A stretch of 17,320 nucleotides of DNA from an uncultured archaeon (lineage in GTDB: Archaea > Asgardarchaeota > Heimdallarchaeia > Heimdallarchaeales > Heimdallarchaeaceae). Numbering within the stretch: the stretch's first letter is position 1; each line of letters begins with the position of its first letter. The notes beneath the pieces were generated by a model. It made no database searches and was not told the DNA's origin. It was given only the letters and a program-made list of their open reading frames with translations. The stretch spans positions 1 through 17,320 of the forward strand of contig CAZJUB010000055.1 in the NCBI GenBank assembly GCA_964549075.1, read 5' to 3'. The position numbers and the translations under genes are program-made. Positions 6,597 to 14,470 of this stretch are shown piece after piece.

Positions 6597-9344
6597 TTAT
6601 TGGTTAATCTTCTTCTTTCTTCTCAAAGTTAATAATACAGCTGCTGAGAGAGCTCCAAGGATTGGTAATAAGGATAGAGCAGTAAATTCAGGAACTACAA
6701 TAGGTTTCTCAATTTTCCACCAACAGTTTGCGATTTTTTCAACACCAGTTGTGACATCTGTTACAATAAAGTATACGTCATACCAGCCTTCGTTATAGAA
6801 GATCCAATAGACATAGAAGCTATACGTAGTCATTGCTAAGACAAGTTTCGTCTCGTTATGAGCAATCCAAGAATCACTTCCATGAACAATTTTCACAACT
6901 AAATTGAGAGTCTTATCTATAGGATAGAGATTACCTACTCCAAATTGCATAGTATAGTTCTGTTCGACTTCTCCATAATAACTTTGTTCAATCCAAATAT
7001 CAAACCAACCATCTTCATGGACAAACCAGCGACATTCAGAAGTCCAAACTAAACCAGTTTGAAGTTCTACAACAATTAAGTAGATTTTGTATATTCCAGG
7101 ATTCGTGAAAGTGTAGGAGAGATTCAACATCAAAAGTTGATATGCTAACAATACCAAGGAGTTCGTATAAATCGCTACTACTCCGTAACCCGTATCGATT
7201 CGAACTTCAATGTATAATGGAACATCGTAGGAATAGAAACTCTGGATATAAAATTGCATCCAAACAGTTTCGGAAACAACTGCTTCATAGTCTTGAACAA
7301 TCCAGACTTCTATGTAACCAGTTAATATTCGCCAGTGACAGAATTCAGACCAATGAGCACCAGTATTGTTATCAATCACTTCGAGTTCAACCGTATATGG
7401 TCCTGCTACTAGGAAAGCATAGAGAACCGTGAAATTATAGAGACCATTAGCAGGTATAAGAACAGAAGTTGTAAAGACCAATATTGGTGAAACTCCATCA
7501 TCTATCCAGACATTAATGGTTACATCCATTGTAATAGCGTAATAGTTGAAAACATAGAACTCCATTAGTACTTCTTCTCCAACTTGAGCTGTGAAATCTT
7601 GAATTATCCAGAGATCAAAGTATTCTGCATAAATTTCCCACCAGCAAGTCTCAATCCATACTATCTGAGTTGCTACTTCCGTTACTACAAAGATTATATC
7701 ATAATAACCAGCCATATCGAAAACATGTGTTAAATCTAGAATCCAGAAATCGAAAGGATTGATTAGTTCTACATAACTATAAAGTTCAACATATTCTGTT
7801 CCATCATAAACAAGAATTTGTATTACAACTTCTTTCTCCATAGCGTAGTAGTTGTATAGTTCGAATCTCATCCAAAGTTCTTCACCTACCAATCCGTAAT
7901 AGTCTTGATAGATGTATAGATCAATATATCCACCATAGACGTACCACCAACAGTAATCAACGAATATTTCATCAGAAAATATATCTATAACTACTAGTTT
8001 TACATCCCAATAGTCAGGATACAAGAACGTCCAATAAACCGTGAAATTATATAACTCTCCAGGAGCAATGACATAGGTTTCTCCGTAGATGAGAATTTCA
8101 TCAGTTCCATTGTTGATCCAAACTGAAATATCTATGTCTCTATCAACAGCATAGTTACTCAATATCCAGCAATACATTATTGCTTCTTCGCCAACAAACA
8201 CTTCGTATTGCTGATAAATCCAGACATCAAGAAATCCGCCATATACAATCCATCCTTGAGGGCAATATTCAGTCCATGTAATATCAAAGTCAAGAACATA
8301 GACTTCTACATACAAATCCCAGTAACCTTCAGCTAAGAACGTAAAGAATACTTCATCCATGAAATAGGTACCTGCTAAAATAAGTACTCCATCACGAGTA
8401 TAGATCAAGATAGTATCAGTACCATTATCAATGTACACATCAATATGTGCAGTTATATCAATAGCATAATAATTATACACCCAAAATTGTATTCTTTCTT
8501 CAACGCCAACAACAGCTTCGTAGTTTTGTTCAATAAGTATGTCAATAAAGCCATCGTAAACTTCCCAATAGCAGTAGTCATAATAGTCTTTGTCTATCAT
8601 TATATCAAGAATATGCAAGGTAACATCATAATATCCAGCTACTATAAACGTCCATGGAACAACTACTACAAAAATATCATACGCAAGTATCAAAACAGTA
8701 TCCTCATAAATCTGGACAGCTCCAGAACCATCATCTAATAAAATCTCAAAGTAATAATATTTGTCTATAGCATACCCATTCTGGATGAAAACCGTCATAT
8801 TGACTTCTAAACCAACTTGTGCTTCAAAGTCTTGGTAAATAGTATACTCTATCCAACCATCATAAACATACCATTGACACTCTGTAGTATATTCCATCCC
8901 TTGAGCTACATCCATGACTTTCAGGTTGACTAGATGATACCCAATTAGAGTGAAGGAGTAAGTTACGGTAAAAACATATTCGATGTAAGGATGGAGTAAT
9001 TTTGTTTCAGTATAGATTAAAAATACACTTCCATTACTATATTGAATCCAGACTTCAATGTCAACTGTAATATCAATAGCAAAAAGATTTAGTATATGAC
9101 ATTCCATATACGCCGTCTCATAGATAGCGACCTCATAGTCTTGTTCTATCCACACATCTATCGTGTTTTCTGTTTGATCTAATCCCAATTCATCTTGAAC
9201 TGGATTGCTTTCTACTTCTTGTAATTCAGTATCTGTAGGTCGATTCGAATACAATGCTTGAGCGGCTTGATTTGAACCCCCTATCACAGCAAGCGTAAAA
9301 AGTAGAATAAAAAAACTTGTTTCAATTAATTTTCGCTTATTCAT
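6597..9344 (-). CDS. Large cell-surface glycoprotein with 8 tandem ~102-aa Ig-like (CARDB-like) repeats and a PEF-CTERM-type sorting signal
   Basis: Signal peptide from ATG 9344 (MNKRK.., ORF open to GTG 9356). Repeats follow IxQxYxxxVGE..N.YAID..DDG..GYYDV..CxW. Many NxS/T sequons. C-terminus is VVPEF + TM + RRKKK. Confidence 0.88.
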   Translation of the reverse strand: MNKRKLIETSFFILLFTLAVIGGSNQAAQALYSNRPTDTELQEVESNPVQDELGLDQTENTIDVWIEQDYEVAIYETAYMECHILNLFAIDITVDIEVWIQYSNGSVFLIYTETKLLHPYIEYVFTVTYSFTLIGYHLVNLKVMDVAQGMEYTTECQWYVYDGWIEYTIYQDFEAQVGLEVNMTVFIQNGYAIDKYYYFEILLDDGSGAVQIYEDTVLILAYDIFVVVVPWTFIVAGYYDVTLHILDIMIDKDYYDYCYWEVYDGFIDILIEQNYEAVVGVEERIQFWVYNYYAIDITAHIDVYIDNGTDTILIYTRDGVLILAGTYFMDEVFFTFLAEGYWDLYVEVYVLDFDITWTEYCPQGWIVYGGFLDVWIYQQYEVFVGEEAIMYCWILSNYAVDRDIDISVWINNGTDEILIYGETYVIAPGELYNFTVYWTFLYPDYWDVKLVVIDIFSDEIFVDYCWWYVYGGYIDLYIYQDYYGLVGEELWMRFELYNYYAMEKEVVIQILVYDGTEYVELYSYVELINPFDFWILDLTHVFDMAGYYDIIFVVTEVATQIVWIETCWWEIYAEYFDLWIIQDFTAQVGEEVLMEFYVFNYYAITMDVTINVWIDDGVSPILVFTTSVLIPANGLYNFTVLYAFLVAGPYTVELEVIDNNTGAHWSEFCHWRILTGYIEVWIVQDYEAVVSETVWMQFYIQSFYSYDVPLYIEVRIDTGYGVVAIYTNSLVLLAYQLLMLNLSYTFTNPGIYKIYLIVVELQTGLVWTSECRWFVHEDGWFDIWIEQSYYGEVEQNYTMQFGVGNLYPIDKTLNLVVKIVHGSDSWIAHNETKLVLAMTTYSFYVYWIFYNEGWYDVYFIVTDVTTGVEKIANCWWKIEKPIVVPEFTALSLLPILGALSAAVLLTLRRKKKINQ
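6708..9161 (-). repeat. Eight diverged intragenic protein repeats, ~306 nt period
   Basis: Manual alignment of aa 66-883 of the ORF gives 8 units, each starting [IFL][DE]xxIxQ and ending CxW (CPQGW in unit 3). Confidence 0.9.
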
Positions 9345-9668
9345 AGTTATACACACCCGAACTGTGAGTACAAAATACTAGTTGTGATTATGGTATTTAT
9401 CTTTTTCTTGCACTTGATAACTTTTGAAATCTCCCGACATTAATCCTTTCAGTTTTAAAGCTGCAAATATCATGTTTTGAGCTTATTTATAGTTCTCAAA
9501 ATCATGTAAAGCAAAATTGAGTCCAGAGGAAGTCTAAAAACTCAAACATTTATAAATACTAATAAGCTTAAAGGCGTTTATTCAAAAAGACTATAGAAAG
9601 TATTAAAAGAGATTTTTTTATAGTATTTGTATAAGCATCTATCAACCACATGAAGATGGGAGTTCAGA

Positions 9669-10619
9669 TTGAGTACTGCAAAAACATCAAAAATTCTGGA
9701 GTTCAATAAAAAAGGGATACCTCTTGTTGTAATAGGTTTACCACAGGCAGGAAAATCTTCATTTGTACAACGAATCAAAACTGGGGAGTTTCAAAATACT
9801 AGAACTACCATGGGTATGAAATTCGAAAGTGCAAATATTGGTGATGCTCGATTTGATATTTTCGACTTAGGAGGACATGAAACATATAGAAAAACAATAT
9901 GGCAAACTTACACAAAACTTGCTTACAGTATAGTTTTTCTTGTAGATTCAGCTGATCCTGAAAGTTTTGATCTTGCCAAACAAGAGTTCTGGAAAAGTAT
10001 TGATTTGAAAGGAGAACAAGATGAGTTTATTATCTTGATACTATGTAACAAATCAGATTTGGAGAAAAGTGTTAATCTGGAAACCATCATCAACCAACTT
10101 GAATTGTATAAATTAGCTGACAAAGAAAATGCTTCTTTTCATTTCTTTAAAACCAGCATGAAAACAGGTGAAAACCTAGATCCTGCACTTATGTGGTTGT
10201 CTAAAAATACTTCGAGAATTGTCCAGAAACGCAATGTTGACCCTCAAATGTTTATGCTGGCTGATTTAGAAGGTTTTCCCATTTTAGAAATAGACAAAAT
10301 GAACCTGGAAGAAGAACCTTCTTTAATGGCGGGTTTTCTTTCAGCAATTGAGAGTTTCAGTAAACAATTATTTGGCAAAACAGGAATTCTGCAATTTATG
10401 CAATCTGGTGAATATAAGTACATCGTAAAAACAGATGACAAATACATTTACTCTTTGATCATAAAGATTGAGGAGTGTCAAGAAGAAGCAAGAAGACTCA
10501 TAGATATTGTTAGTGAACAAGTGTATGATTTAGAGAATTTTGCAATTTTGGAAGGAATAATAACACAATTACTCAATATCGACCCTTCTAACTATGTGTT
10601 AAGAAAAGGTTTTACATGA
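9669..10619 (+). CDS. Arf/Sar1-like small GTPase fused to a C-terminal longin/roadblock-like domain
   Basis: G1 GLPQAGKSS, G2 TTMG, G3 DLGGH, G4 NKSD, G5 TSMKTG. From ~aa 192, FMLADLEG..LMAGFLSAIESFSKQLFG followed by three short beta strands. TTG start with GGGAG upstream. Confidence 0.92.
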   Translation: MSTAKTSKILEFNKKGIPLVVIGLPQAGKSSFVQRIKTGEFQNTRTTMGMKFESANIGDARFDIFDLGGHETYRKTIWQTYTKLAYSIVFLVDSADPESFDLAKQEFWKSIDLKGEQDEFIILILCNKSDLEKSVNLETIINQLELYKLADKENASFHFFKTSMKTGENLDPALMWLSKNTSRIVQKRNVDPQMFMLADLEGFPILEIDKMNLEEEPSLMAGFLSAIESFSKQLFGKTGILQFMQSGEYKYIVKTDDKYIYSLIIKIEECQEEARRLIDIVSEQVYDLENFAILEGIITQLLNIDPSNYVLRKGFT

Positions 10620-10670
10620 AGTTCTAAGAAAAGAATTAAAAATTCTTGAGTTACTTCATCCTTGAGAACT

Positions 10671-12041
10671 ATGGTAAAGGAATTCTTCTATCCAAAAACC
10701 ATTGCTATTATAGGTGCTACAGCTGATCCCAAAAAATTTGGTAATGCAGTAACAGTCAATTTGCTTGAGAATGAACAACTAGAAAGTGAACTATTTCCCA
10801 TTAATCCCAAATCTACAGAAATATTAGGTTTGAAATCTTATTCTTCCATTTTAGAAGTTGAAAAAGATGTTGACTTAGCAATCATTTTAGTCCCTTCTAA
10901 AGCAGTCCCTATCATTGTTGACCAATGTATTGAGAAGAAAGTAAAACGAATTATTATTGTTTCTGCAGGTTTTGGTGAAATTAATAAAGAAGGGAAGAGG
11001 ATCGAGCAAGAAATGGCTCGAAAAGCTCGTGAGAAAGGTATTAGATGCATTGGTCCTAATTGTGTTGGAATCATGAATGTTGATACTGGTATGAATGCCT
11101 CTTTTATTTTAACTCCTCCTAAAGGTAATGTAAGTATGGTCACACAATCAGGCAGTTTTGGAGCTGCTTGCCTTTATGAAATGAAAGATCAAGGTTTAGG
11201 ATTTTCGAAATTTGCTAATCTTGGTAACATGTCAGATGTTAACTTAACTGACTTATTACGATTCTACCTTGAAGATAATAATACAAAAGTAGTTTGTATT
11301 TATCTTGAGAATGTCATTGATGGGAGGAAATTCTATGACACATTATGTGATCTAGCTAAAATTAAACCAACCATCATTCTTAAAGGAGGAAGAACTGCTT
11401 ATGGAACTACTGCAGCTGCTAGTCATACAGGTTCAATTGCAACTAATTATAGTTCTCTTAAAGCAGCAATTAAACAATCAGGAGCTACTTTATGTGAAAG
11501 TCTTAATGATTATGTTGCTGCAATCAAAGCTTTCTCTTTTCTTCCATTGCCAGAAGGGAATAGAGTGGGAATCTTAACTAATAGTGGTGGAAGTGCGGTT
11601 CTTTTTAGTGACAACGCTGATGAATTTGGGATGAAATTAGCAGAATTTTCGGAGGAATTTAAAGCAAAAATCACACCACATATTATTCCTTTAGTTAAAA
11701 AAGTGAACCCTCTTGACTTGATAGCAGGAGCTAATGGTGAAACATATTATCAGGTTACAAAAACTATGCTTGAAGACCCAAATATAGACATTGTTGTTAC
11801 TTGTGCTGTTATACCAACTTTTCTAGAAATGACTTTAGATGAACACTATTCAGGAGTGGTACGAGCTTGGAATGATACAGGTAGGAAAAAACCTATTATA
11901 CCTATTTTCATGAGTGGAGAACTAGTCATTAAATCAAAGAAAATAGCCGAAAAGGAATTAGTTCCTCTATTCCTATCGCCTAGACAAGCAGCATTTGCTG
12001 TAAAAGCTCTAATAGAAAGAAAGCAGAAACTTCAGAAATAA
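10671..12041 (+). CDS. acdA: Acetate/acyl-CoA ligase (ADP-forming), alpha subunit
   Basis: PKTIAIIGA CoA-binding domain, SAGFGE, IGPNCVG, QSGSFG, LKGGRT..AASHTGS (phospho-His) and NPLDL motifs. No ATP-grasp beta subunit is fused or adjacent. ATG 10671 preferred (TTG 10662 possible). Confidence 0.93.
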   Translation: MVKEFFYPKTIAIIGATADPKKFGNAVTVNLLENEQLESELFPINPKSTEILGLKSYSSILEVEKDVDLAIILVPSKAVPIIVDQCIEKKVKRIIIVSAGFGEINKEGKRIEQEMARKAREKGIRCIGPNCVGIMNVDTGMNASFILTPPKGNVSMVTQSGSFGAACLYEMKDQGLGFSKFANLGNMSDVNLTDLLRFYLEDNNTKVVCIYLENVIDGRKFYDTLCDLAKIKPTIILKGGRTAYGTTAAASHTGSIATNYSSLKAAIKQSGATLCESLNDYVAAIKAFSFLPLPEGNRVGILTNSGGSAVLFSDNADEFGMKLAEFSEEFKAKITPHIIPLVKKVNPLDLIAGANGETYYQVTKTMLEDPNIDIVVTCAVIPTFLEMTLDEHYSGVVRAWNDTGRKKPIIPIFMSGELVIKSKKIAEKELVPLFLSPRQAAFAVKALIERKQKLQK

Positions 12042-12322
12042 AACTGAAGAATCATCTCTTTCACTTTCTCTACATCCTCAGTATATTTAGGATTAAGTTC
12101 CTTTCTACGTTTCATAAAAGTGTCTAAATCTTCTTCTTCTTTTATATATCCTCTCTCCAAAAGCTTCAATGTAGATAGTAATAGGGTAATACTCACTTTG
12201 TCTTCTAAACATTTATGAATTAAAGGTATGGAACGTTCAAAGACTTTGTTGTTATGTATTTTGTCGGAAGCTTCCATCAAGAAATTCAAAGAGATTATCT
12301 TATTTAAAGATGTGTCAGACAC
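12032..12322 (-). CDS. Small hypothetical soluble helical protein
   Basis: 96-aa ORF with GTG start and protein-like composition, overlapping the acdA 3' end convergently by 10 nt. Confidence 0.6.
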   Translation of the reverse strand: MSDTSLNKIISLNFLMEASDKIHNNKVFERSIPLIHKCLEDKVSITLLLSTLKLLERGYIKEEEDLDTFMKRRKELNPKYTEDVEKVKEMILQFYF

Positions 12323-12367
12323 AATTAATACCAGTTTTACCGTGAAAAATCAAGAATAAAACAGTTT

Positions 12368-12619
12368 TCAACTTGTTTGTAAACTTGAATCGTGTATAGA
12401 TCTTTTTTCGTAAATCTTGTATCCTAGAATGTAGAATACTGCAAAAGAGAAGCATAGAAGTATCAGAATTATTCCCCAAACAAATGCAGGAAAGGACTGT
12501 TCTCTAAGTGATTCAATATATCTAAATAAGAAAATTAAACCTATAGCCAAAATTCCACTAAGAAAGGTAGCAATAGTAGACAGAATAAAAACTGTTGTTT
12601 TAGGATTCCTCTTTTTCAT
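12368..12619 (-). CDS. Small two-TM membrane protein (copy 3 of tandem trio)
   Basis: Basic N-terminus, two hydrophobic helices, 20-nt overlap with the upstream gene. Confidence 0.7.
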   Translation of the reverse strand: MKKRNPKTTVFILSTIATFLSGILAIGLIFLFRYIESLREQSFPAFVWGIILILLCFSFAVFYILGYKIYEKRSIHDSSLQTS

Positions 12620-12938
12620 CTTCTAAAAGATCCTGTTCAATTTTTTTATCAATGGGATGAAGTTCTTCTTCACCTATACTTTCAACTCTCCCTTCAAATT
12701 CAAGAACTTTACCCAAAGGTGTTGATATGATCTTTGGTTGTCTATAAGCTCGTATACTTCTGAAACCTATTATAATTATGATTAAATCAATAATAATAAT
12801 TACAACCCAAAAAGCTGTATCATGTGTAAAAGCTGCTAAAATCAATAAACCTATCACCAGCAATGTGATAAAGATTATAAGAGCAGGAATAAACGCTTTA
12901 TGATACTTGGGTTTAACCTTAATCATCATTCTAATCAC
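12600..12938 (-). CDS. Small two-TM membrane protein with acidic tail (copy 2 of tandem trio)
   Basis: Two hydrophobic helices, E/D-rich C-terminus, overlaps both neighbours; several possible start Mets. Confidence 0.72.
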   Translation of the reverse strand: MIRMMIKVKPKYHKAFIPALIIFITLLVIGLLILAAFTHDTAFWVVIIIIDLIIIIIGFRSIRAYRQPKIISTPLGKVLEFEGRVESIGEEELHPIDKKIEQDLLEDEKEES

Positions 12939-13266
12939 TTTTTTGAAGAGACGAAGATGAATTCAGAGCTATTTCTTCTTTCTCAGATTTTTCTTTATCA
13001 GACTTTTCCTTGTGCATTAATAAAGATATCAGTTTAAAGCTTATATAAAAAAGGATAACAAAAAATAACCAACCAAAAAGAACCCACACAGAAATAATAC
13101 CTAAATCATCCCATCGATTCAAAGAAATTGTAAGAAGTGAATATACCAAGAAAGAACCAGTTAAAAACACGGTAATAATCAGAAAAATCTTACCAGTAAG
13201 AGATTGTTTTCTGTACCTAAAAACATCTAGCCATGATTTATCTGTATTCTTCTTGTCGGAGTTCAT
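12931..13266 (-). CDS. Small two-TM membrane protein with charged tail (copy 1 of tandem trio)
   Basis: Two hydrophobic helices, KEKSDKEKSEKE tail, TTATAAT box ~27 nt upstream. Confidence 0.72.
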   Translation of the reverse strand: MNSDKKNTDKSWLDVFRYRKQSLTGKIFLIITVFLTGSFLVYSLLTISLNRWDDLGIISVWVLFGWLFFVILFYISFKLISLLMHKEKSDKEKSEKEEIALNSSSSLQKSD

Positions 13267-13320
13267 TTAGATAGAATGATGATAACGAGGATGATTATAA
13301 GTTTTGTTTGTTTTGAGGAT

Positions 13321-13335
13321 AAAGGAAAAAAAAGG
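13321..13335 (-). terminator. Oligo-T terminator after the longin-DENN gene
   Basis: CCTTTTTTTTCCTTT on the minus strand 11 nt after the stop. Confidence 0.5.
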
Positions 13336-13346
13336 TTGAACAAAGT

Positions 13347-14357
13347 TCAGCCTTGAAGTTTTTCTAGAAGCTCTAGTAAAATCATCTGTTTTTCTAAAGG
13401 TAAAGATTCTTTGGAATGAGTTTTTATTGAAAGCGATTCTAAAGATTGGAAGATCCAGTCTAACTCTGTTCGAATAAAACTGTAAGCTTCCATAGCACTC
13501 AAATCTGTAAGTTGTTTAGCTATTTTCTCGAAATAAGATGAAGATCTTCCTCCATAAACAATGCCATCATCAAGGTTGACAATAATTAAGTTCACTGAGG
13601 GGATTAGTCCTTTGTAATCATTGGTTCCAACAATATCAAAGCCTTTTTCATACTTGAAAGACCAGGACTTGACCTTGAGTAGTTTGGTTGGAGAGAGAAA
13701 ACGTAAAGATTGAATCATAGATTCAACTATATTTCGATTACCTGAGATAATTACAGGAACACCTACAACCAGTCCGTAAATAATCTTATCAATTCCTTCA
13801 GGAATTAATCTTGTAATAATATCAAAAGAAAGAAAATCACGGGAATTATCTAACATACTATCTTTAGCTACGTTTTTCAGTTTAATCAACGATTCATAAT
13901 CTGTCAAATCAGTTTTTTCGAAAATATGGATCATATTAGTTTGGATGTTTGATAAATATTCAGCGAGACAAGATTTAATGCGTGTACCTATTTCTTCTTC
14001 GTAGCGAATAGCTTCATAGGCATGGAAAGTATATTGAAGTTGTAATTGCTTGAATTCAGCGAGTAAAAGTGGGAGAATATTACCATTGAACGGGGATTCA
14101 ATATCTACCAAAAGAGAGATGACAAGGTCATTTTCATTGTAAAAATACAGAATCTTGCCTTCATATTCTATTTCTCGAGGAAATGAACAGACAACTTCTG
14201 AGGAAAGTGCAATAATAGCACTAATCAAGCCTGTCACTAACGCATTATCAATTATAACAGCCTCAGATGAGGAGTCATACTGATAAAGTAATTCTCCATT
14301 CTTGGATGTGATAAGTATCTTCACTTCTTTCACTCTTTGTACTAATTCAGTGAGCAA
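13347..14357 (-). CDS. Longin (uDENN)-like + folliculin/DENN-like protein
   Basis: N-terminal ILITSKNGELLY..LVTGLISAIIALSSEV longin-like pattern. C-terminal IIYGLVVGVPVIISG..VESMIQSLRFLSP..SWSFKYE..DIVG..IIVNLDDG resembles the cDENN core. Start TTG 14357 (GTG 14333 possible). Confidence 0.75.
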   Translation of the reverse strand: MLTELVQRVKEVKILITSKNGELLYQYDSSSEAVIIDNALVTGLISAIIALSSEVVCSFPREIEYEGKILYFYNENDLVISLLVDIESPFNGNILPLLLAEFKQLQLQYTFHAYEAIRYEEEIGTRIKSCLAEYLSNIQTNMIHIFEKTDLTDYESLIKLKNVAKDSMLDNSRDFLSFDIITRLIPEGIDKIIYGLVVGVPVIISGNRNIVESMIQSLRFLSPTKLLKVKSWSFKYEKGFDIVGTNDYKGLIPSVNLIIVNLDDGIVYGGRSSSYFEKIAKQLTDLSAMEAYSFIRTELDWIFQSLESLSIKTHSKESLPLEKQMILLELLEKLQG

Positions 14358-14470
14358 CCTCTAACACACCATGTAGTACACAAAGGATATGTCTGCCTTT
14401 TTAATCTAGATAGTACGTAGATATTAACCCCGTTAAACATACATAGTCAAATAAATCTTATAAGCTCTAT

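Noticed and set aside
6413-6607. 64-aa + strand Lys-rich ORF
   Set aside because: Spans the tdh start and the A-rich reverse complement of a terminator
7142-8738. + strand ORFs 7142-7432 and 8445-8738
   Set aside because: Antisense to the repeat surface protein, no independent signal
6708-9161. CRISPR array or diversity-generating retroelement explanation for the repeats
   Set aside because: Repeats are conserved at protein level only; no identical DNA repeats, adenine-specific template/variable pair, reverse transcriptase or cas genes seen
9357-9668. ncRNA or tRNA in the longest intergenic region
   Set aside because: No GC-rich stems, cloverleaf or recognisable RNA motif; explained by divergent promoters
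9578-11143. Minus-strand ORFs 9578-9778, 9923-10123, 10244-10447 and 10838-11143
   Set aside because: Antisense shadows of the GTPase gene and acdA
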